In this document: in pieces, positions 39,116 to 49,748 of the stretch
Numbering within the stretch: position 1 is the first letter of the stretch
Layout of the letters: each line of letters opens with the position of its first letter
NCBI GenBank assembly: GCA_013265495.1
Contig: MU058636.1
Coordinates: forward strand, 10,391,066-10,440,813
Reading direction: 5' to 3'
DNA: 49,748 bases
DNA from: Vicugna vicugna
Taxonomy: Eukaryota
Made by a program: the position numbers and the translations under genes
Notes under the pieces: model-generated
Database searches by the model: none
What the model saw: only the letters and a program-made list of their open reading frames with translations
Told to the model about the DNA's origin: nothing

Positions 39116-39857
39116 TGAAAGGCAGCAGAACATGCCAGCCCAAAATATGCCCCTTTGGTATGAGGATTATTCTGAGCTGGAGACATTTGAGCAGAAACAA
39201 ACACAAGAAAACCTCTCTGCCCTCCATTTGCCTAAGAGCAGGACAGAAATTTGTAAAAGTGTCCCCCTCCATCCTCTACCAGAAAGAACAAAATTTAATC
39301 ACCAAAGGCAACTCTAGACTCTTATCAGCCCAGAGATGGCACTAAAGGAATCTACATAACCACCTCTAGTAACTAGCCTTTATCTTACATTAGTTCTCCC
39401 AGATATTTGCCTTCTCACAATTTACTGCCCTAGAAACTCAGCCCTGTGCCTTGGTTTTGTCACTTCTCTGAAAATGTATTGCTCTTTTGTTTTTTGTGGT
39501 TTTCTTGTTCTTGTTGGGGGGAGGTAATTAACTTTATTTATTTATTCTTGGAGGAGGTACTGTGGATCAAACCCAGGACCTCATGCGTGCAAAGCACATG
39601 CTCTACCACTTGAGCTATACCCTCCCCCTATAAAAATATATTGCTCTTTTGCTAAGATGCTCTGTAAGCCCAAGTTATAACCACTCCTTTGAGTTACTCA
39701 TCTCTGAGCGCTCCCATGTATATGTATGATGCACATGTTAATAAACTCCTGTTTGTTTTTCTCTTGTTAACCTGTCTTTTGGCAGTCTAATTTTCAGAGT
39801 CCCAGTCAATGAACCTAAGATGACTAGATGGAAAAGAAATCTTTTTCCTCTCCTACA
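39116..39857 (+). mobile_element. ERV1-type solo LTR (MER34/MER39-like)
   Basis: TG...CA termini; CCCAAAATATGCCCCTTTGGTATGAGGATTATT at the 5' end; AATAAA near 39740; ends TTTTCCTCTCCTACA. Confidence 0.75.
39490..39628 (-). mobile_element. tRNA-derived SINE (Vic-1-like) inserted in an LTR
   Basis: Reverse complement of the SINE head (CTCTACCACTTGAGCTATACCCTCCCC); TSD AAAAT(G/A)TATTGCTCTTTTG. Confidence 0.9.
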
Positions 39858-40387
39858 CCTCTCTACCTGGCTAACTTGGGCTTCCTCACAACATGGCACT
39901 TGAGGGTATTTGAATTTCTTACACAGAAGCTGGCTTGCCTTACAGTAAGCATTCCACAGACCCAGGCTAAAACTGCTTAGCTTTGTATGACCTAGCACAG
40001 CATTACTTCTGTGACATCTTATTGGTAAAAAGTGAGTCACAGGGCCACCCCAGATTCTAAGGGAGGGAACTACATTTCCCTCCAAATTCCAGGAGGAGTG
40101 GTTCATTGGGACCATCATTGAAGATTTGCAACCACATCCTAGCAAACTTTCAACTAAGTCCATTAACGTTATCATTCTACTCTGCTGGGTTTGTTTTGTT
40201 GTTGTTGTTGTTGTTGTTTTTAATTTCCAACCATCTTGATGGTTCTTTAAAAACTTCATAGTCTGACATTTATAAAAATTTCAAAGAACAAGCACATTGT
40301 TTAATTTTATCATCATTCACAATTAAGATAGGCAGGGCAAGGATTTTCTACTCCCAAATTACTAATGGGAAAAGTGAGCCTCTGAGA

Positions 40388-40650
40388 CTCAGACATAGAA
40401 AACAAACTTACGGTTACCAGTGGGGAAAAGAGGGAGCGAGGGATGTATTGGAAATTGGGATTGGCAGATACAAACTACTAGGTACAGAATAAATAAACAG
40501 CAAGACCCTACTATATGGCACAGGGAACTATATTCAGTGGCTTGTAGTAACCTGTAATGAAAAAGAATATGTATATGTATAATGTAATCATTATGCTGCA
40601 CATCAGAAATGCATACAACATTGTAGATCAACTATACTTCAATTAAAAAG
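40388..40650 (+). mobile_element. 5'-truncated young L1 3' end (with probable 3' transduction; see findings)
   Basis: CTCAGACATAGAAAACAAACTTACGGTTACC...ACTATACTTCAATTAAAAA; homologous to 25904-26211. Confidence 0.88.
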
Positions 40651-41631
40651 TGGGGAAAAAGTAAATAAATATAAAGGTAAAAGACAATCCTCTAAACATT
40701 AAACACAGATGGTAATGATTTTGTTCAGATTTTCCTTGTATAAAAGTTGGTTATATCTTACAGTTAGACAGAGCTAAATAGGCATAAATTAACTTTTAAA
40801 GATCACATGAAGCTCTACTTTCAAAGCTTTGTCAGTCCTTGTTAAAATTCTCAATTATAAAAGAATGCTTCTTTAAAAAAAAAAATGAGCCCCTGAGAAA
40901 CTGGGTGAGTCACCTGAAGTCACATGAGCAGTAAGTGCCAGCTCACAAGCCTCCCAACTCAAAACCAGGGCTGTTCCCCCAGTTCTCATGCCCTCTCAAT
41001 GGCATTTGTGTTCTTTGGGCACCATTCCAGCCTGAGGTGACATATTGAAGTTCAACTACAACATCCAAGTGCTGGTAGAACCATGCTTCCAACATTAGCA
41101 TGGGAAGACAAATTAAGAAAGAGCAAAGAAAACTTTAAGGAACTACCTACTAGAGAGATTTTAATTAGAATGTATTTCAAATTATGACTGCAGGTGTTGA
41201 TTGTACTATTTAAAAGAAAGGGTTTCTACTGTTATATTACTGGAAGTTCCCCTGCCCTCAGCACGAATCATTAATAATACTTATATTATTATGTTAACAA
41301 TACAAAATTGGCATGAAACATTTACACCACTAAGTAACTTTTAAACCAGTCAGCTGTCTCACCCTCCATCTATTCTTTATTAGAATAATAAATGAATAAC
41401 AAATGGACTAGTTTGGATTTTACTTCCCCTTCTTGTCCTTGGTTTCCTTTTCCTCTAATAAATGCTGAAATGGCTTAAAGTCAGAGATGGGAGGAAAAAC
41501 GTTATCACGGAGACTGTTTAAGGAAGGCAGCTGATGCTTTAACAGTGTTGTTCACAAAAAGAAAACCTTGTACTGGTAAAATACTTACGAGTCACATCCA
41601 GTAGGATAGTGATGATTATTAAGATTCTTTA

Positions 41632-41775
41632 TTTTTTAAATTTCTGTATTTAAAAAAATTTAGGGGGGGAAGTAATTTGGTTTATTTATTTTTTTAATGG
41701 AGGTACTGGCCATTGAACCAGGACCTCATGCATGATAAGCAGGTATTCTACCACTGAGGTATGCCTTTCCCGCTC
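41632..41775 (-). mobile_element. tRNA-derived SINE (Vic-1-like), diverged
   Basis: TTGAACCAGGACCTCATGCATG...CTACCACTGAG; TSD AGATTCTTTA (41622-41631 and 41776-41785). Confidence 0.85.
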
Positions 41776-42492
41776 AGATTCTTTAATCAAATGATACTGT
41801 GGCAAGAAAACAGCTGTTTCAGAGTTCACATAATCCTTTTAGTTGTCAAACTTGATTTTGACTTTGTGAAATATGAGATAATCCTTTTGGGAAAAGGCAG
41901 CAATAAATTTGCCATCATGCACTGATGTTAAAGCTGATGTCAAGGTGATCCAAAATGATTCATAGGCAAGTTACACAAGCTCAAAGGATCGTGAAGAAAA
42001 TATTCTACCTTTTCAAGTCTCAAATATTTATTAGCGACATTGAGAAACATCCCTGGTTTACAATGCCGAGCAGATGTCAAAGTCAACAAGAAAAGAAGGA
42101 TATCCTGCTGTATGTTAGAGAGTTAATTTCATGGGATTTCTTATGTCCTTAACACATGGGGACAAATCTGTGGTACTATTAGTAGACAAAGCTATTGGAA
42201 AGTGCCATGCATCATAGACCACCCACAAAATTCCCATAATTAAAGAAAAATAAACTCTGACATACATTTTTTAAAACCATTTTAAATTTTTCACTAAGCT
42301 GAAAAACTTATCCATAGTAATAACAATGATATAGAAATGTTGAAAACAGGTAAAACTATACAAAGTTACAAAAGAGCAAGAAAGATATTAAAATAACGGG
42401 CTAGCTTAATGGTACAAGCAATTTCACTTCTACCTAAGGTACTTCCTTTCCATGATATCTAATCTTCCCCAGATTTGTTTCTTATATTATTT

Positions 42493-42875
42493 TTTAAGTT
42501 GAAATATAGTCGGTTCACAATTGGTGTGTTAATTTTCTGGTGTATACCATAGCAATTTGGCTATACATATATATATTCGTTTCCAAATTTTTTTCATTAT
42601 AGGCTATTATAAGGTATTGAATATAGTTCCCTGTGCTATACAGTAGGACCTTGCTGTTTATCTGTTTTATATATAGAGGTTAGTATCTGCAAACCCCGAA
42701 CTCCCAATTTATCCCTCCCCCTCCCTTTCCGCCTGGTAGCCACAAGTTTATTTTCCGTGTCTGTGAGTCTGTTTCCACTTCGTAAATCAGTTCATTTGCC
42801 TTATTTTTTAGCTTCCACATATAAGTGATATTTTTAGGAATGGTATTTTTCTTTTTCTTTCTGGCTTACTTCACA
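42493..42875 (-). mobile_element. 5'-truncated young L1 3' end
   Basis: Antisense copy of the same L1 tail; TSD TTTC(T/C)TA(T/C)ATTATTT. Confidence 0.85.
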
Positions 42876-45253
42876 TTTCCTACATTATTTCATTATGATG
42901 CTAACTCTATGAAACACCTTAGATCTAAGTAAATAACACATCTGTGAAAGATCTAAATGAATACTACACCTAGAAAGAGTCAGGAAAAGTTAGAAATACT
43001 CTGCCAACTTGGCCTTTGCTGCCAACCTGCACTTGCAACCACAGTAGGACAAATAGAGAAGCCACTTCTCCCTCGCACCGGGACAGTGGAACCCAAATGC
43101 CACAGCACAGGTGAATCTTACAGGGACTGCAGCTACTTGCTTATGCATTCATCAAAATGTTTGCTGCTTGTTTTATTCCACTTTTCATCACAATTTCTCT
43201 GTCTGCATATACTTCATACGCAATCAAATTTAATTTACATTATGAATTGCTTTTCAGTCACTAGCATTGCCTGTATATATGACTTCATTTTCCAATAAAT
43301 ATGTTGTTTTGCTGTCTATTAGATACTTGTTTTCATTAATATCAGCATATTTATTTTAGCTATATAATTTTCTATTTTAGTTTCAGGGTTGGTAGGCATT
43401 ATTGAATAGCCGGGATTTATGATTTCATAGAATCAGTATCCTTTGATGTGTAAAACAACCCCTTTCCCTAAAATCAACTCTAAATCGACTTTCAATGCTT
43501 CTGTGTAAAAGAGTACAAAAAAAGTAAAACTTTTTCCCAACAAAATTGAGAGGTGCCATATACACTTGCAATATGGTAATTAATGATAATAGCATTAACT
43601 GCCATCACTGAGTACTAAACAGTTCATACCTTTTACCTTATTTAGTTTTCGGAATAATATCAGGATTATCGAATGCAGGGTAATTGTGTGTCACTGCAGA
43701 TGATGACACCGTATCACTATCACTTCCTTTCCATGCTATCTAATCTTCCCCAGACTCCCCAGAGTCCAGGAATAGTCAACATTTGGAAATCTAAGGAGCC
43801 AGGTCAACAGAGGCACTAGTGCACTGAGGTCTGTGAAATAAGCCTGTAGAATAAGCCTACTTCTCCAGCAGTTTTGGCTAACCATTTCAACTTTACTCGT
43901 GACCCCGCTGGCAAAGTGTTAAATTACTATGAGCATCTTTCCAAAGGCACAGAAACAAGAGGCTGAGGTTTCCTGGTTTGGGTGGGGTGTGGGTGTGTGT
44001 GGGGCAGAGCATCAGATGTCAGATTTCCCTTCTGTTTCTGTAGGTGGAGTAAAAGCTGTTTTGTCTCCACACCTTCCACAGTGGGACATTTTTATCTTTC
44101 TCCCTGTATATACGTATATTTCCAGACAATCTAATTTATAAAGCAGGTCAAACTAGAGTATCAAACACAGCCTAAAATAGATGAGTATGTGTGTTTACAT
44201 AAAATACAGAGAGATATATGGTACTAGTATTAACATGGAACATTTATTATGGGAAAATAAGGTTTTTGTCCCTTTGGAATACAAAGATGAGACCAACTGA
44301 AGCCCTGCTCCAGAAGTCTGGTGGGTCACAGGTACACAAGGTCATAGTGCAAAGAGACGCTTGCCAAGGCTCCTGTGGGGGCCCAGACGGAGTCGCCTCT
44401 GAGACGCCATGAGTCTTTTCAAGGTCTTCAGTGCACAAAGCCCAGGCGGGGGGAGGGTGCTTTGAGACGCGCTGCAGCCGCACTTATGGGAGGTAAGACA
44501 GAGAGGAAGTGGTTTTGTGCTCTTGAAATTAGTGTCTAGGTGCTTTCCTTTTCCCTCTCTATGTAAAATGGCTCATTCTCACTACATTTATAGGTAAAAT
44601 TGCTTTGGATTTTATCAAAGACCGGGATCATGTCATTCTAACTGTATTGCCCAGCCTAAGACACAGAATTATGTTAAAACAGCCCTTAGGAAGTGATTTC
44701 TGGAGATGACAGCGATGTTTCCAGGCAGAACTGTCCTCTGGCCACTTTCTGAAGTACCCGAGAGCTCCCTGGTCCCCCAGCCCCATGCCTTTTCATGCTC
44801 ATTCTCCCCAGGAGCCTGTCTTTCTACTGCCCTCCGGCTTCTCAGAGCCTCCTGGCTTTGGTGTCTCACCCAGGCTTGTCCCCTTGGCCAAATAATCCCT
44901 TGTGAATAGATGAGCCTCTCCTCCTCTCTCCTGCTTGTCGATGTCCCTCTCTCTCATCTGTCCAGCGGGAGGACAGCTGAAGAATTAAACTCACGTATGA
45001 AAGCCCTAATTGCTGGCTTCCTTTATGAGCCATCTTGAGAAAATTTAATTTTTAAAAGAAGAGCTTTTAAGTTCCGATAAGCAAAGACTAGCTTCAGCTG
45101 AGATTGTTTTCTTTATGCTTTCCTGGTTCTCTCAAATTACGCCCTCGGGAAACTGCTTCTATGCCTGAATTAATGTGCGTGGACCCTTGTGGCATTTGCA
45201 AAGTTCAAGTGCCCTCTGGAAGCAGGAATAATCTCACGGTTTATAGAACATTT

Positions 45254-45257
<4 letters not shown>

Positions 45258-45323
<66 letters not shown>

Positions 45324-45339
45324 TCCCTCTCTCTCTCTC
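45258..45339. repeat. (TG)~32 microsatellite followed by a short CT tract
   Basis: Perfect TG run at 45258-45322. Confidence 0.97.
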
Positions 45340-46199
45340 AGGTCTTGATTGCTTTGATAGTCACCTACCTGGTCCCATTCCCTGCATTCTCACTCTCCGA
45401 CCATTTCTTCTCTACCCAGCGATCAAAGTGATCCTTAATAACTTAATTTAGACCATCATTTTTCACCTAATCAAAATCCTGAACTTGTACTTAGAATTTT
45501 TCCCCCAGAGGGTAAGATTTCCACTTTATTGTCACATCAATCTCACAAATAAAACCAACACAGCAAGAAACACTGAGCAGATAAAGCGTGCAGAGGCCTG
45601 GTGACAGAAAGGAGAGGGCGAAACCCAGTCATCTCCTCCATGTCCCCAGCCTGGAAAGATATTTCTATTGCACAAGAGTGGGAGCAGTCGACATATGAAG
45701 CAATCTATTCTAGAGACACTGTGAGCTCAGGAACAGAAAATCCTACCAGGAGGGGTGTGTGCAGGGCAAGGAAAGTGGCATACATGCCATAAATGACCAG
45801 CTCTTGCTGACTGCTCTGACCTCCTTCCCTCTCTCTCTTTATTTCTCTCTCCTTACCCTCCCTACCCTTTCCAGAACTTCATTTGGTTGATGAAGAGCCT
45901 AACACATGATCGGTGCTCAATGAAAGTTTGTTAGGAAAGTTTGATAGGAAGCAGTGATCTGATATTTTTGGGAGAACCGGGGATCAGGAAAAGGCATTTG
46001 AAGGCGTGTCTAATATAGATCTTGATGAACAGCAGGGATTTCAAGAGGCAGAATTAGTTGGGATCATTCAGTCCATATTGACATGTAATGTGCTTTCTAA
46101 AAATTTTATCCCTGAGCATTTTTCCACATCCTTAATATGCAGCAGGGGACATTCTTGATTGCCCAATAGAACCCTGATTTATTTTTTTACTTAGAAAAA

Positions 46200-46670
46200 A
46201 TTTTTTAATTGAAGTATAGTCAGTTTACAATGTTGTGTCAATACCTGGTGTACAGTATAATGTTTCAGTCATACATGTACATACATATTCCTTTTTCATA
46301 TTCTTTTCAGTTATGGGTTACTATAAGATATTGAATATAGTTGCCTGTTCTCTACAGTAGAAACTTGTTGTTTATCTATCTATGTATAGTATTTAGTATC
46401 TGCAAATCTCAGACTCCCAATTTATCCCTTCCCACCCATTTCCCCCAACTCTGGTAACCATAAGTTTGTTTTCTATGTCTGTGAGTCTGTTTCTGTTTTG
46501 TAAATAAGTTCATTTGTGTCATTTTTTAAGATTCCACATACAAGTGATATCATGGTATTTTTCTTTCTCTTTCTAGCCTACTTCGCTTAGAATGTTGATC
46601 TCTAGGTCCATCCATGTTGCTGCAAGTGGCATTATTTTATTCTTTTTTATGGCTGAGTAGTATTCCATTA
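46200..46670 (-). mobile_element. 5'-truncated young L1 3' end
   Basis: TTTTTTAATTGAAGTATAGTCAGTTTACAATG...TTTATGGCTGAGTAGTATTCCATT. Confidence 0.9.
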
Positions 46671-49419
46671 TGTGACCCGGATACTTCTGAGTTGTTATAT
46701 TAACCAAACCTAGAACTTCACTTCTAGATATATTTTAATATTCAAAATAAATATACTGACAGTTGGACATTCTGTTATTTGCAGCCAAATATATACTAAA
46801 ACATATGATTTGAGAATATAATTTTTAAAATTGTGGCACAGTACTTCCTCTTATTGATGGCCCATTAAATTTTAACCATTAATGGGCATTTCCCCTAATT
46901 CTTTGCTATTATAAATTAACTTTTATTTTTAACATGTATTTTACAGGTTGAAATGTAAGTCTGATAAAGTAGGCACCTCAGCTATCTTTCTTTTTCTTAT
47001 TTTTGCTTGTACCATTAAAAAAACTGCCAAGGAAAAGACAAATAAAAGAAACTGTCCCTCTTTAAAACACTGCCCTCACAACTCTTTCATGGAATACAAA
47101 CTACCCCCTTATTTCACATTGATAGACAGAAATCCCAATCCATGTTTATTTGTTTCAAATACAAACTCAACCTGATGCCAAAAAGATTTGAGGGAATTGT
47201 CAATGAAGTTACATCAGCAGCCAACTTCGATGGGAGTTGAAATTGTGTAATCAAAGCATTATTTCCTTCTTTCTCATTAACTGAAAGTACCCTTGAATTA
47301 GAGATAATTTACGTTTTTGAATTATTTGCGACTCCAATTAACACTTTGTTAAAACCCATCCACATCCATTGGTATCAGGGCCAAAAGTCTTCAGGTGGTG
47401 AAACTGTTTCTCCTTTTAGTATCATTAACCAGTGCATTGTGAAATCCTGTTGAAAAAGCAAAAGCTCCCGTTTCCATGTGACCACTCTGTCCCCTCACCT
47501 CTGACCTGCGTCATACCTGCCCTCCCATCACACAGCCAGCTGCACTGACGGCCCTAGATTGTGCAATCCCAAATGCAGCAAGCAGCTGCCTGGAACAAAG
47601 AGGTCAGTGCATCGACTTGTTTGCTGTTTCGAACCTGGATCTGAAATACTATTGGGTTGACTTATCTCTGTGGAGAGCAGTGATGCATGACTCTAAAATT
47701 CTGTTCTCAGGGGGCCATCAGGTCCCTGGGGAATTACCCTTAGGACAAAGCTTGCAAGGACACTTTCATGAGTTAATGCCAACCCAGTGGTTTTCCAATC
47801 AATTCTCTGAGCTCCTGTGAGATGTTAAGATTTTTACATCTTTATATTTCTCTATTCCTAAAACAATGATAGCAGAAAGAGTCACTACTGTGAGGGATTT
47901 TAAGCTGCTGAGGTGATTTTATAAAATATTATGGAGGGAAACGGATTCCAGGAGAAAGGACTTCGAGCTCCTGCAACCCTCTTGCTTTTAAGAGGAAGCC
48001 TTCTGGGACTTATCACGTTACAGCGTAGCAGTTAAGAACATGAATTTTGTTGAGTCCCAGCCCTTCCCTTAGTAACTGTATTACATCGGGCAAGTCACTT
48101 AACCTCTCCTAGCCTCCTTTTCTTCGCCAGTCTCATTGCTAGCCATGGTGGTCCAACAAGCAGAGAGAGAACAGATGACAGTTTGTGCAAAAAAGGGCAA
48201 CTTTGGTGATTAGGAGTTAAAAATCTGCTCGAAAGTTCCCTGATTGCTTCTTAGTTTACAGAATTGAGGCTGAGGGTTGTTGTTAAGGAGGGGTGAGGGA
48301 GAGAAGAGCTGACGAAGGCTTGGAGAGAGTAATGAGAGTTTGTGGGGGGAGGAGAGAAAGGGGTTGGAGCAAGACAAGGCAAATTACCAGGGGTGCTGAT
48401 GGCTCAGTGAGAGTACAGAGCCTGACCTGGAGCAGCAGCAGCACTCCCAGAGCAGGGGGTTCAAAGGAGCCCGGGATGCTGACGCTGTCACGTGATGGCT
48501 GGGGTTTAAAAAGGTTAAATCACTCAGTGAGGGTCACAGAGATTTTTTACACACGTGGCCTGCTCCAAGTCCAGTGCTCTTTCTAACCTGTAACAGGAGA
48601 TCTGGGCCTGCCCCTATTCAGCTCCTTTAGGCCTCATCTTTCTAGTTTGCGAAAACCACTGGGTCAGGTGATTCTGAAAGTCCTAGTCCTCTAGGACCTT
48701 ATAACCGGAGGGAAATAAATGCATGAAGTTTGAATCAAAGCACTCCGAAGCCTGGGACTCTTACAATGAGCAGCTGTCAGGTGCTGCTCCCCGATCTGCC
48801 TCCCACTAGTTAGGTTACATGTCACTTTGAGCAAGTCACTCAAACTCTCTGGCTTGTTTGTGTAATTAAATTATGTTCCAGAGGCTTGAGTTCTAAAGTG
48901 CTGATTCTGTGAAAAGGCAGTCTTGTGCTGTGTCGATGAGTGGCCCCCGGTTATCAGGAGCTCTGATACCTTCACAGCACCTCCTCCCTCAGGAAGGTCT
49001 ATCCGGCTCTGCATCCATGTCAAAGACTAACACAGCTCACCTCAAATATTTGTCACTGGCCCTCGCCAAAAATCACTTGAATTACATCGGCAGTAGTCCA
49101 ACACCACATCCAAACATGGCAGAAAGTTGTAAAAGAAAACGATAGCACGTTTTAAGATAGAAAACACTGTGTAGAAAAGGAAAATAAATGCATGAATTTG
49201 AACCAAAACACTCGGAATGCCGTGACTTACAGTGAGGAGGTGTCTGTAATAGACCAAGACCCTTCCGATGAGTGGGTATTACCTCTTTGTCTAGGACACT
49301 AGGGAAAATTCCTGTACTGCAGATCCCTTGAATACTGCTTTTAATAAAATGCCAGAGAGCCATAGAAATAGCCTATAATTCATTAGGAACTAAAAGGCTA
49401 ATGGAGAGTTACAGTTTTC

Positions 49420-49748
49420 ATCGGTGAGGGCGCTTTCCCAAACTCATCGGTGGAGATAGATTTCCTCGCGGGAGGCAGAACGGTGATTTTTTTTTAACCG
49501 GCAATAAGCGAATTTATTTTTCATCACTACCTTTCCAGTACTTTCGTACTCAGTTATAATGTAAAGTTAGGCCTCGAGCCCGGGGTCCCAGCGAGGATAT
49601 TCAGTCACTCGTCCTAACTGCGGACACCCCCAGCCCCGGTCTAACCGGGGTCGAGCTCCCACGGCCTGCGGGAACCGAGAAGCTGGAGAGTGACGCGGCG
49701 GTCGGGCTCCCCGCGCCCCGCCCGCCCCGCCCGCCCCGCCCGCTCCCG
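49420..49748 (+). promoter_or_regulatory. Start of a CpG island with a GC-box array; probable promoter of the divergent neighbour (SLC25A15 by synteny)
   Basis: Sharp rise in CpG; (CCCCGCCCG)x3 Sp1/KLF sites at 49716-49742. Gene identity is inferred from the conserved MRPS31-SLC25A15 head-to-head arrangement; no exon is visible in the window. Confidence 0.7.

Larger units (their letters stand above)
38832..40136 (-). mobile_element. MLT1 LTR split by a younger LTR
   Basis: TTGCTACATAACAGATCACTCCAAAACTTAATGGCTT (38848) through CTTGGGCTTCCTCACAACATGGC to AACCACA (40136). Confidence 0.7.

Noticed and set aside
39738..40259. 173-aa minus-strand ORF
   Set aside because: Runs across (TTG)n, MLT1 and ERV LTR sequence; a chance ORF.
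41955..42152. 65-aa ORF containing DIEKHPWF, reminiscent of a kinase C-terminal motif
   Set aside because: A single short motif with no other kinase subdomains or partner exons visible.

Overview
Mammalian nuclear DNA, almost certainly camelid, judged from seven copies of a Vic-1-like tRNA-derived SINE. The window holds one complete protein-coding gene, MRPS31 (mitochondrial ribosomal protein mS31), on the minus strand. It has 7 coding exons from the ATG at 37351 to the TGA at 15309, all with GT-AG introns, encoding 385 aa (387 aa with the upstream exon-5 acceptor). It has a CpG-island promoter and an AATAAA about 50 nt after the stop. A second CpG island with GC boxes starts at the right edge; by synteny it is probably the promoter of the divergent SLC25A15 gene. 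The rest is repeat-rich: old and young L1 fragments, MLT1 and ERV1-type LTRs, DNA-transposon fossils, SINEs and microsatellites. I see no evidence of a novel multi-gene system. The most interesting signals are a probable L1 3' transduction (40370-40898), an unexplained 33-bp direct repeat bracketing about 1.25 kb, a splice-donor shift in MRPS31 exon 1 relative to human, tandem in-frame acceptors, a triple-nested transposon and candidate ETS-rich enhancers. Repeat family names come from recognition by eye, not from a RepeatMasker run.
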